From Rebecca billardiae RCC1528 (lineage: Eukaryota; Protista; Haptophyta), in the NCBI GenBank assembly GCA_965240325.2, contig OZ251225.1, positions 806,001-870,000 of the forward strand: 64,000 nucleotides of DNA. The letters run 5' to 3'. The stretch's first letter is position 1, and each line of letters starts with the position of its first letter. The notes beneath the pieces are model-generated. The model saw nothing but the letters and a program-made list of their open reading frames with translations. It was not told where the DNA came from and ran no database searches. The translations under genes and the position numbers were made by a program. Below are positions 53,001 to 64,000 of the stretch, in pieces.

Positions 53001-56000
53001 CGGTGCGCGTGCCGAAGCGCACGCGCAGCAGCCCCTCCGCCGCGCCGGGCGCGAGGCCCGTCGCGTTGAGCAGCGCCCCGAACCCGCTCCCCCTCAGCAC
53101 CACCTCGTTGCCGCCGCGCGGGTCGCCCTCCGCTGGCGCGACGCTCTGCAGCCGCGGCTCCTCGTAGTACGCGAACTGCACGGCCGAGCTCGTCGTGGAG
53201 AAGGCCGTGGCGTTGTTCAGCGAGAGCTCGAGCGACGCGACGCCCGGCGCGCCACCCGGCGCCGCGGGCATCTGGCACAGCATGCGCTCGACCGCGCCGC
53301 CGCCGATGGCTGCGAGGAGCACCGCCGGAGCCGCGCACCCGGCGCCGCCGAGCACGCAGCACGCCTCGTCTGAAGCGAGCGCGGCAAAGCCGCTGCCGCG
53401 CAGCGTGACGCGCGTGCCGCCGCTCACCGGCCCGCCCAGCGGCAGCGCCACGTCCAGCGCCACGCCCGCCACGTCGTACAGCGCCAGCTCGATGTCGTCG
53501 AAGAAGTTGGGCACGAGATCGGCCGGCACATGCGCATTCGTGCCGGCCGCGGTGTGGCCGTTGAGCGACAGCCGCACGGTGTAGGTGCGGCCGCTCACGC
53601 CGAGCCTCGCGGGCGCGGGGTCGCACACGGCGCGCGTCGCGCCGTCCACCGCCGCGGGCACCGTCGCCGTCTCCACGCTCGACAGCCCGACCGAGGTGTA
53701 CACGCACTTGGGCGCGTCGGCGCCGAGCGACACGAAGCCCGACCCCGTGAGGGTGACCGCGCGCAACGCGGCCGCGGGCGCGACGAGCGGCGCGGATGCG
53801 CTCACGCTCGCGCTGTACACGACAAAGGTGGCGTTGGACGGCGCAAAGCTCAGCCCGTTGAGCGTCACCTGCAGCGACACGGCCGAGCCCGCGGCGAGAC
53901 TCGGCGCGGCGCACCGCACCTCAGTCGGCGAGATGAGCGTCGCCTGGACGGGGCTCGAGCGCTCGCCAAAGCGGCAGCGCAGCCCTGCGCCGCCGTAGTC
54001 GGCGAAGCCGCTCCCTCGCACGGTGACGAGTCGGCTGCCCGCCGCGTACCCGCTCGGCAGGCCGGGGGGCACGCTCTCCGCCACCGCGCCCGCCGACGCC
54101 TCGTACACGACGAACGCGCGGCTGGCGAGAAGCTCGGTCGGCGCCGAGCCGAGCGCGCGCAGCTCGACGACGAGCGCCGGGCTGACGGGCAGCTCGGCCG
54201 TGGGCGCGCACACCACCTCGGACTCGGAGACCGAGCTCACGTTCACCAGCACAAACGCCTCGGAGCGCGACTCGCCGAGCGTGCCGTTCGGATAAAAGGC
54301 GCAGCGCAGCGCAGCCTCGCGCCCGAGTGCGGGCGCAAAGCTCTGCGCCGCGCCGACGATGGTGACGGCCGTCTGCTCGCCGGACGGCGCGGCGAGCGGC
54401 GTGGTCGCGATGATGTCGGCGACTGAGAGCAGGGGCGAGGGCGGCGAGGGCGGCGGCGCGGGCGAGACGCGCGGCGGCGGCGGCGGCGGTGGCGGCGGCA
54501 CGGGCGGCGACGAGGGCGGCGGCCGCGCGGGTGGCGGCGGGCTCGGCGAGGGTGGTGGCGGCGGGCTCGGCGGCGGCGGCGAGGTCGGCGGGCTGGGCGG
54601 TGGGCTCGGGTATTCGCACGTGCCGTCGTCGAACGTGGCACTCGAGTCATAGTTGAGCGCCTCCACTGCCGTGCAGCCGGGGTACAGCTCGGAGATGCCG
54701 CCCTCCTGCACGCTCAGCCCGAGCTCGCTCGACAGCTCCTCCTCGCCCAGCCCGCTCAGAGTGTCCGTCACGTTCACCTGCGGCGCGGCGTCGAGCTGGA
54801 AGATCTCGACCACGGCGCTGGCGGAGGCGGGCTGGATGGCGGCCACGCGCATCTGCGCGGCGGGCACGCCGAGCACGCCCTCGAGGCCGCCGAGCAGCTC
54901 GGCCTGCGCGCCGTCGTTCAGGTCGTCCACGTCCTCAGCGAGCAGCAGCTGCACGAGCGTCTTGCGCCCGGGCGGCGGAGGGCTCGGCGGGGGCGAGGGC
55001 GGCGGCGAGGGCGGAGGCGCCGGGCTCGGCGGCGCCGGTGGCGGGAAGGGCAGCTCGCGGGGCGGCGGCGGCGGCGCGTGCGGGCTCGGCGGCGAGGGCG
55101 GCGGCGAGAGCGGCGGCGGCGGAGGTGAGGGTGACGGCGGCGGCGGCGACGGCGGCGGCGGGCTCGGCGGCGGGGTGGGCGGCGAGCCAGGCGGCGGGCT
55201 GGGCGGCGGGCTGGGCGAGCTGACGAGCACGTCGAATGCGTCGCGCACGATCGTGTCGTTCCCGCCGCCGCCGTCGATGAAGTCGACACGCCCGTCGGCG
55301 GTGTTGATGTAGTCGTCGCCGGCGCCGCCAAACACGCGGTCGTACCCCGTGCCGCCGTGCAGCACGTCGTCGCCATCGCCACCTGCGCACGCGCGCGTGC
55401 GCATGGGTCAGGTGCAAGCGCGCACGCGCGGCACACACGGCGTGCACGGGCCACGCCGCGCACGCACGCAGCCGCCCATTGCGCCCGCGCGCACCGTAGA
55501 CCAGGTTGACCACAGACCCCGAGCGATCGCTCGCGTTGGCAGCGGCCGACACGTCGCCGCCGTAGATCACGTCCCGCCCCGCCCCGCCGTGCAGCACGTT
55601 CGTCACGGAGCCGCCGACGCTGCTGCCGTCCGCAGCGCCGCCGTCGCCGCCGTGAAGCACGTCGTCGCCGGCGCCGCCGCGCAGCACGTTCGTCGTGTTG
55701 CCGCCCGCGCCGCCGCCCGCGCCCGCGCCGCCGTCGCCGCCGCGCAGCACGTCGGCGCCGGCGCCGCCGTCGAGCACGTTCAGGGCGCCGCCGCCCACGC
55801 TGCCGGACGAGTCGGCCGCGCCGCCATCGCCGCCGAGCAGGGTGTCCGCGCCCGCGCTGCCGTTCACCACGTTGAGCACGCTGCCGCCCACGCCGCCCAG
55901 CCCGCCACTGCCCGCGTGCCCGCCGAGCACCGTGTCGTTGCCCGCGCCCGCGTCCACGCGGTTCGTCGCGCTCCCGCCCACGTTGCCCGCAAACCGCGCC

Positions 56001-59000
56001 TCGCCGGCTGAGCCGCCGCTGATCACGTCGTCCCCGCCCAGCCCGTAGACCGCGCTCTCGGCGGAGTCGCCCGTCGCGGGCGCGCGGCTGTTGAGTGCTG
56101 CGCCGCCCTCGCGGATGCCAGCGCTGCCGTTGAGCACGTCCGCGCCCGCCGTGCCCACCACCAACGCCACGCGAGGCGGCGGTGGCGGCGGCGGCGGAAA
56201 TGGCGGCGGGTCGGGCGGCGGGCTGGGCGGCGGCGCTGGCGGCGGCGCGGGTGGCGGGCTCGGCGGCGGTGTGGGCGGCGGGCTTGGCGGCGGTGTGGGC
56301 GACGGCGGCGGGCTGGGCGGCGGGCTGGGCGAGCTGACGAGCACGTCGAATGCGTCGCGCACGATCGTGTCGTTCCCGCCGCCGCCGTCGATGAAGTCGA
56401 CACGCCCGTCGGCGGTGTTGATGTAGTCGTCGCCGGCGCCGCCAAACACGCGGTCGTACCCCGTGCCGCCGTGCAGCACGTCGTCGCCATCGCCACCTGC
56501 GCACGCGCGCGTGCGCATGGGTCAGGTGCAAGCGCGCACGCGCGGCACACACGGCGTGCACGGGCCACGCCGCGCACGCACGCAGCCGCCCATTGCGCCC
56601 GCGCGCACCGTAGACCAGGTTGACCACAGACCCCGAGCGATCGCTCGCGTTGGCAGCGGCCGACACGTCGCCGCCGTAGATCACGTCCCGCCCCGCCCCG
56701 CCGTGCAGCACGTTCGTCACGGAGCCGCCGACGCTGCTGCCGTCCGCAGCGCCGCCGTCGCCGCCGTGAAGCACGTCGTCGCCGGCGCCGCCGCGCAGCA
56801 CGTTCGTCGTGTTGCCGCCCGCGCCGCCGCCCGCGCCCGCGCCGCCGTCGCCGCCGCGCAGCACGTCGGCGCCGGCGCCGCCGTCGAGCACGTTCAGGGC
56901 GCCGCCGCCCACGCTGCCGGACGAGTCGGCCGCGCCGCCATCGCCGCCGAGCAGGGTGTCCGCGCCCGCGCTGCCGTTCGCCACGTTGAGCACGCTGCCG
57001 CCCACGCCGCCCAGCCCGCCACTGCCCGCGTGCCCGCCGAGCACCGTGTCGTTGCCCGCGCCCGCGTCCACGCGGTTCGTCGCGCTCCCGCCCACGTTGC
57101 CCGCAAGCCGCGCCTCGCCGGCTGAGCCGCCGCTGATCACGTCGTCCCCGCCCAGCCCGTAGACCGCGCTCTCGGCGGAGTCGCCCGTCGCGGGCGCGCG
57201 GCTGTTGAGTGCTGCGCCGCCCTCGCGGATGCCAGCGCTGCCGTTGAGCACGTCCGCGCCCGCCGTGCCCACCACCAACGCCACGCGAGGCGGCGGCGGC
57301 GGCGGCGGCGGAAATGGCGGCGGGTCGGGCGGCGGGCTGGGCGGCGGCGCTGGCGGCGGCGCGGGTGGCGGGATCGGCGGCGATGTGGGCGGCGGGCTCG
57401 GCGGCGGCAGAGGCGGCGGGCTGGGAGGCGATGACGGCGGCGGTGAAGGAGGCGGTGCGGGCGGAGGCGGGCTGGGCGGCGGGCTCGGTGGTGGACTCGG
57501 TGGAGGCCGTGGCGGTGGGCTTGGAGGCGGCGACGGCGGCGGTGTGGGCGGTGGGCTCGGCGGCGGCGGCGGTGGTGGGCTCGGAGGCGGTGACGGCGGC
57601 GGTGAAGGGGGCGGTGACGGCGGAGGCTGGCTGGGCGGCGGGCTTGGCGGCGGCGACGGTGGCGGGCTCGGTGGAGGCAGTGGCGGTGGGCTTGGTGGCG
57701 GGCTCGGCGGCGGGGTTGGTGGTGGCGGCGGCGGTGGTGGGCTCGGCGGCGGTGACGGCGGCGGTGACGGCGGCGGTGACGGCGGAGGCGGGCTGGGCGG
57801 CGGGCTTGGCGGCGGCGACGGTGGCGGGCTCGGTGGAGGCTGTGGCGGTGGGCTTGGTGGCGGGCTCGGCGGCGGGGTTGGTGGTGGCGGCGGCGGTGGT
57901 GGGCTCGGCGGCGGTGACGGCGGCGGGCTGGGCGGCGGGCTTGGCGGCGGCGACGGTGGCGGGCTCGGTGGAGGCTGTGGCGGTGGGCTTGGTGGCGGGC
58001 TCGGCGGCGGGGTTGGTGGTGGCGGCGGCGGTGGTGGGCTCGGCGGCGGTGACGGCGGCGGTGACGGCGGCGGCGATGGCGGAGGCAGGCTGGGCGGCGG
58101 GCTCGGCGGCGGCGACGGTGGCGGGCTCGGTGGAGGCAGTGGCGGCGGGCTTGGTGGCGGGCTCGGCGGCGGGGTTGGTGGTGGTGGCGGCGGCGGCGCC
58201 GCCGGTGGCGGCGAGGGTGGCGGGCTCGGCGGCGGCGGCGACGGCGGCGGGCTCGGCGGAGGCAGTGGCGGCGGTGGGCTCGGCGGGGGCAGTGGTGGTG
58301 TGCTCGGCGGCGGGCTCGGCGGAGGCAGCGGCGGTGTGCTCGGAGGCGGTGACGGTGGCGGCGACGGCGGCGGGCCCGGCGGCGGAGGCAACGGCGGCGA
58401 AGATGGCGGCGGTGGCGACGGCGGAAACTCGAGGCTCAGCACATACACAGCGCCCTTGTTTGGAGCGCCCGCACCGCCCGTGCTCGTGGCGCCCACGATG
58501 ATCTCGGGGCTGCCGTCGCCCGAGAGGTCGCCGAGCAGTGCGCCCGAGAAGCCGAACGCGTCCTGGTCCGCGAGCGGGCCGAGCAGCCCGCCCTGCACCG
58601 CCGACACCTTCTTGGCGTCCTTCACCGTCCCGCCCGCGCTCAAGTAGATCAGGTAGATGGCGCCGCGGTCCACGCCGCCGTCGTCGTCGTACGGCGCGCC
58701 CACGAGCGCGTCGGGCACGCCGTCGCCGTCCATGTCGCCCAGCCCCGCCACCGCGCGGCCGAACTGGTCGCCGTCGCTCAGCAGCGGGCCGAGGCCGCCC
58801 TCCGTGTACGAGATCTTCGTCTGGCCGAGCACGCTGCCGGCGGCCGCCATCCGCAGCAGCCAGACGGCGCCGCGGTCCACGCCGCCGTCCGCGTCGTTCG
58901 GCGCGCCCACGAGCACGTCGGTGACGTTGTCGCCGTCCACGTCGCCGAGCGAGGCGGCGGCCAGCCCGAAGTTGTCGCTCGGGAGCAGCACGCCGTTGAA

Positions 59001-62000
59001 GCCGCCCAACCCCGAGCCGATCTCCACGTCCGCCTTGACCGTGCCGTCGGCGCGCATCAGCAGCGTGTACACTCGGTTGTCCCCAGGGCTGCCGACAAGC
59101 ACGTCGGTGATGTTGTCGGCGTCGAGCGTGCCCAGCGCGGCGAGCGACCAGCCGAAGTCGGCGCCGGTGCCGAACGTCGCGCTCAGCCCGCCCTGCCCGC
59201 TGCCCACCATCGCGCTGCCCTTCACCGAGCCGTCGGCGTTGAGGAAGGCGGTGACGACCACGCCGCCGAGCGTGACAGGATTGCCCACCATCACGTCTGT
59301 CACGCCGTCGCCGTCCATGTCGCCCAGGCTGGCGAGCGCGCTGCCGTACAGCGCGAAGGGCGACGAGTCGAGCACGAATTTGGTCGCGCTGCGCACCGTG
59401 CCGTTCGGCTCGAGCAGGCACACGTACATGTCCTGCCCGTCCGAGAAGTCCTCGCTGAACTTGTAGTCGAGGTTCGAGACGAGCGCGTCTGGCACGCCGT
59501 CGCCGTCAAAGTCGCCCAGCGCGGCGACCGCGCGGCCGAGCTCGCCGATCGGGTCGAAGGGGAAGTTGCCCTCGGTCTCGGAGATGCGCACCTCGCGCGC
59601 GACCTTCTGCACCGTCGCCGCCGAGGGCGGCGGGCTGGGCGGCGGGCTGGGCGGCGGCGGGCTGGGTGGTGGGCTGGGTGGCGGCGAGGGCGGCGGCGGG
59701 CTCGGCGGCGGCGCGGGTGGGTCGGGCGGGCTGGGCGGTGGGCGGGGCGGCGGTGGGCTGGGCGGCGGCTCGAGTGGCACGAGCGCGCTCGTGCTCACGC
59801 CGGTGGATGGCGAGTCCCCCCTCGGCGCCGTGTCGCCCTGCCCGAGCGTGCCGAACTGGTTGCGGCCCCAGCACCGCACGTGCGAGCCGTTGACGAGCGC
59901 GCACGACGCGTCGGGCCCGACCGCGACGCTGCTCGCAGAGCCGCCCGCGCCGAGGTCGACGGCGGGCAGCCGGTCTCCCATGCTCGCGTTCGTGGCGCCG
60001 CGCAGCTGCGTGTCGTCCGTGCCCAGCACGCCGTACGAGCCGTTGCCCCAGCACTTGACGAGCCCGCCCGCGATTGCGGCGCACGCGTGCACGCTCGCCG
60101 ACGCGTCGACGAGCGACGGCGCCGGCCCAAACGGCGTGGGCTCGCTCCCCAGGGCCACGATGGTGGTCGGCGGGAACGCCGTCAGGTCCGTCTCGCCCGG
60201 ATGGTCGCCGCGGCTCTCGAGGTCGCCCATGCCCAGCTGCGCGTCGCTGTTGTCGCCCCAGCAGAAGACGAAGGCGTTGCTGATGATGGCACACGCGTGG
60301 TGCTCGCCGCAGCTGCGCGCACACGTACACGCGCGCGCGCGCGCGCGAGCGTGCGCGCGCGAGTTTGGAGTGAGGTGTCGCGTGCGCACAGCGGCGGCGA
60401 GGGTCGCGGGCGGCGCGGGCGTGGGCGGGGCACGGCTGGCGAGACAAGGCGGGCAGCCGCGCACCTCACTTGGTTCACCGCCTCGAACTCGGCCGGCTGG
60501 AAGATATTCCGCAGCGTGGCCATCGAGCCAGTCTCGTTGCCGCGCGTGAGCGTGTCGCCCACGCCCAGCTGCGGGGGGCGCGCGCCGTGGACGCGGCGCG
60601 CAGCACATGCGTGAGGCGGAGCAGGCCGGCGCGGCGACGGCGGGCTGCGGCGCAGCGCACGGCGCACGCGCGCGCGCACCTCGCCGCGCCCGTTCTCGCC
60701 CCAGCAGTACACCCCTCCGTTCGACCAGGCGCAGCTGAAGCGCGCGCCCGCAGACACGCCCCGCAGGGAAATCCGCCCGCCCCCGGGGCTCACGAACGGC
60801 AGCGAGTCGCCCATCGTGGCCGGCAGGCCGCCGCGGCCCGCGATGTCGTCGTACCCGAGCTGCCCAAAGCCGTTCTGCGCGCCGCCGCGCGCGCGGGAAG
60901 CGAACGCGTGCGAGGGAGGGAGGGGGGCGTTCGGCGTCGGGTGGTGGCGCGGGCTGCTCGGAGCCGCGCACTGGCTAGGAGGCGCGCGCGCTGCGCTGTG
61001 CGAGGGAGGAGGTGCGTGCGCGGCGCACCACGCCCCAGCACTTGACGTCGTTGGTGTCCGTGCGCACACACGCGTGCGTGCTGTCGCCGCTCGAGCTCCC
61101 GCCGACCGAGACGTCCGCCACAACGATCTCGGCGCCGAGGTTCAGAACGGGCAGCGCGTCGCCCATCTGGCCTGGCCCTGAGCCCACGTCTGCGACCGCA
61201 CCCGTGCCGAGCCGACCGCCCGCGCCGCGCCCAAAGCACGAGACTGCGCCTGTCGTGTACAGCACGCACGTGACGGACGCGCCCGCGCTCACCTTGGACA
61301 GCACGAGCCCGCTCGGGAGCGACAGGTACGGCAGCGCGCCGCCCATCTCGCCCGGGTCGTCGCCGCGCGTGCCAGTGTCGCCAAGGCCCAGCTGGCCGTG
61401 GGCGTTGACGCCCCAGCTGAAGGGCGCACACGGCGGCGGCGGGTGCGCAGGGCGGGGGCCAGTCGGCGCGCGCTCGGGCGCGCGCACGCGCGCGCGCTCG
61501 CGCGCGAGCGCTCGCGCGCGAGCGCTCGCGCGCGAGCGCTCGCGCAGCTGCCGCGGGGGCGCCGTCGCACCACTTGAGCTCCTGGCTGTCTGTGACGGCG
61601 CACACGTGCCCAGCGCCCATCGACAGCTGCGAGAGGCCGAACGGAGGCGGCGGCGGGTTGGGCGGCGGGCTGGGCGGCGGGCTGGGCGGCGGGCTGGGCG
61701 GCGGGCTGGGCGGCGGGCTGGGCGGCGGGCTGGGCGACGGCGGTGTGCGCAGCGACAGCACGCGCACGCGCCCCTTCAGGGACCAGCTCGGCGAGCCCAC
61801 CATCACCCCGACGCTGCCGTCCGCCGCGAGGTCGCCGACCAGCGCGACCGAGGTGCCAAACCCCTCAAAGTCAGCGAGGGGCCCGACCAGCCCGCCCTGC
61901 GCGCTCGAGATCTTCTGCGAGACCTTCACGCCGCCGAGGGCGTTGAGGTAGAGCAGGTACACCGCGCCGCGTTGCGAGCCGCCGTCGCCGTCGTCCGGCG

Positions 62001-63132
62001 CGCCGACGATCGCGTCGGGCACGCCGTCGCCGTCGATGTCGCCCAGCGCCGCCACGGACGCGCCAAAATTGTCGCCGTCCGCCAGGCTCTGTCCGAACCC
62101 GCCCTGCGTGTCCGAGATCTTGGCCTGCGCCGCCACCGTCCCGGCGGTGGTGAGGAAGAGGACGTACACGCACCCGCGGTTGGAGCCGCCGTCGTCGTCG
62201 TTCGGAGCGCCCACGAGCACGTCGGTCACGTTGTCGCCGTCCACGTCGCCGAGCGAGGCGACGGCATCGCCGAATCTGTCCGAGCCACCGAGCGGGCCGA
62301 CAAAGCCGCCCTGCCCGTCGGTGATCCGCACATCCGCCTTCACGCTGCCGTCGGCGTGGAGGAAGAGGATGAACACGTCGTTGTCGGACGAGGCGCCCAC
62401 GACGACGTCGGTCACGTTGTCGCCGTCCAGCAGCCCGAGCGAGCTGAGCGCCTTGCCAAAATTGGGCTCACCGCCGAGCGTGTAGCTGAACCCGCCCACG
62501 CCTTCGCCGATCTGGACGCGCCCGCGCGCCGAGCCGTCCGCGTTCATGAAGACGGTGTACACGAACCCGCAGCAGTCACCGATGCCGTCGCCGATCGCCA
62601 GATCGCCCACACCGTCGCCGTCGATGTCGCCGATCGCCGCCACAGACTCGCCAGGCTCGTGGGACGGCGGCGCGCCGTCGAGCACGAACTTGGTCGCGCC
62701 CCGCACGGTGCCGTTGGGCGCGAGCGTGCACAGGTAGAAGTCGTGCCCGTCTGTCACCCCGCCGTCATCAAAGTTGGTGATGATCGCGTCAGGCACGCCA
62801 TCCAGGTTGATGTCGCCAATCGGTGCGAGCGCTCGCCCAAAGAAGCCGATTGGGTCGAAGGGGAAGTTGCCCTCTGTCTCGGAGATCACCTGCTCAGCCA
62901 CGACCTGGTGAAGGGCCGAGACGCCAGGCGGCGGCGGGCTCGGCGGCGCGCCCGGCGGCGGCGGGCTTGGCGGCGGGCTCGGCGGCGGGCTCGGCGGCGG
63001 TGGGCTCGGCGGGGGCGATGGTGGCGGGCTGGGCGGCGGGAATGGCGCGGCGCGAACACCGACGCAAGCCATTGCGGCGAGTGCGAACAGCCGTAGGCCG
63101 GCACGCCTGGCGCGAGCCGTGCTCACGCCCAT
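47032..63132 (-). CDS. Giant polycystin-1/adhesion-receptor-like protein (~5,101 aa): signal peptide, FG-GAP propeller, RCC1 repeats, second FG-GAP propeller, Pro stalk, 2x RTX Ca-binding modules, SEA-like domain, IPT/TIG, REJ, GAIN/GPS, ~5 TM helices
   Basis: Exons 63132-61571, 61416-61029, 60874-60680, 60568-60465, 60312-56609, 56496-55495 and 55382-47032 total 15,306 nt (divisible by 3). Every GT-AG join restores a motif (LKCWG, CWGVNG, GELG, VSCG, YGGDG). REJ motif NRPPYGG..DLPLRYAF; GPS CHFWN..GC..CECDHL|TDFA; PKD1-like W..KQRVLVL TM segment. Confidence 0.85.
55196..57370 (-). repeat. Near-identical 1,114-bp tandem duplication of an RTX (GGxGxD) exon-intron module
   Basis: Introns 55494-55383 and 56608-56497 appear identical and are 1,114 bp apart. 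The RTX exons differ at only a few bases (e.g. CGTTCACCAC vs CGTTCGCCAC; AAACCGCG vs AAGCCGCG). Confidence 0.92.
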
Positions 63133-63245
63133 CCCTCTCCGGCGCCGCGCGACACGCGGCCGCGGCGCCAACGGGCAACGACGGCGTGCGATGCGCGCGC
63201 GATGCTCGAAGTAGCAAGGGCCTTTGGTAGTAGTGTACTTTTAAA

Positions 63246-63274
63246 TTCCCCTTTATAACGGGCTCCGGGTGATC
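63246..63274. repeat. 29-bp exact direct repeat, copy B
   Basis: Identical to 46640-46668; lies ~115 bp upstream of the 63132 ATG. Confidence 0.9.
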
Positions 63275-63440
63275 AGACTGGCGGCCGAAGCCTCCAGCCC
63301 TACCCTGGCCAGCCCCCAACCAACCACCACCCTCACCCAACCTCAAACCACTGACCGATACACCGAGTGCCTTGACACCACTCCGCTGTGGACAGCCCGC
63401 CTCCAGAGGGGGCGGGGGTATGCCATTGCCGACAGCATAC

Positions 63441-63592
63441 AAGCCCAACACTGTGGGGTGGTCCCAGGTACCAGCAGTGCACTGCCTTGCAATTCGAGAT
63501 CATCGAGTTTGAGCCGAGTCGGCACGGACTGGGCACCCCCTAGGGCGCCCCAGTGTGGGCTAGTGTGCACGTTAAAACATAAGTAAACTGTA
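63441..63592 (+). mobile_element. Diverged second copy of the putative tRNA-derived SINE
   Basis: GTAC..GTGC..CTTGC..GAGATCATCGAGTTTGAGCC aligns loosely with copy 1. Shared tail GCACGTTAAAACA.AA.TAAACTGTA. Terminal stem AGCCCAACACTG/CAGTGTGGGCT. Confidence 0.4.
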
Positions 63593-64000
63593 CTAGTACC
63601 GTAATTGCGATTATAGTACGGGTACGCCGGGTGGTGACCAACATTTGAGCCGGGTAAAAGCTGCACCGCTCGAAAAATCGAAACTCACCCGCCTCCAACG
63701 GCCCTCAAAATCACCCCGTCCCATTTTTCGTTATTGACACTACTACTATTGCTGATCAAAAGATCTGTTTGACAACGTAGTAAGGGCCCGCGGCGCGGGC
63801 TCCACGCTACGCGCTCCGCCCTGCACCGCGGGCCATAAGAAGGTGCTCAGCCCGCTGTGAGCGCTCTGAGCTAGACTGTGGCGCGGCCCGCCGCCGGTGC
63901 CGTCGGTGCCAGTTCGGCAGCGGCACGTGCACACGCCCACGGTGCACGGGCTGCGCCTCCCTGCGCGCTCACTCCTCGCGGCGCACGGGCATGCCATCGA

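Noticed and set aside
54918-63171. Separate genes for the FG-GAP, RCC1 and RTX ORFs in the track
   Set aside because: All segments join through phase-compatible GT-AG introns that rebuild motifs, and only the first exon has a signal peptide.
1-64000. Bacterial contig or prokaryotic operon/defence system (high GC, RTX repeats)
   Set aside because: Spliceosomal introns occur even within the RTX module, and CSN2 and bipartite plastid leaders show a eukaryotic nuclear origin.
63600-64000. Possible element remnant or gene 3' end at the right edge
   Set aside because: Too little sequence to support a call.

Overview
Very GC-rich, compact eukaryotic DNA with short GT-AG introns (donors mostly GTGCG) and bipartite plastid-targeting leaders. 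This points to an alga with a secondary plastid; a pavlovophyte haptophyte such as Diacronema is my inference, not a proven assignment. Two paralogous giant minus-strand cell-surface proteins bracket the window. (i) A >5,200-aa ORF (ATG 15703, runs off the left edge, absent from the ORF track): signal peptide, FG-GAP propeller, an ~11.8-kb Ser-Pro3 extensin-like stalk, then a REJ-type region. (ii) A 7-exon, ~5,101-aa polycystin-1-like receptor (63132-47032): two FG-GAP propellers, RCC1 repeats, a duplicated RTX Ca-binding module, IPT/TIG, REJ, a GPS site and ~5 TM helices. Between them lie 13 genes arranged mostly as head-to-head pairs: SBPase, CSN2, GT8, CFAP92-like, GT90+PAN, PEPCK, trehalase, TLDc, K+-type H+-PPase and four unknowns. 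Intergenic DNA holds a TA-flanked MITE, two copies of a probable tRNA-derived SINE, an inverted pair of covarying GNA-loop hairpins, and short direct repeats flanking whole genes. All exon models were built by eye from splice sites and reading-frame continuity.
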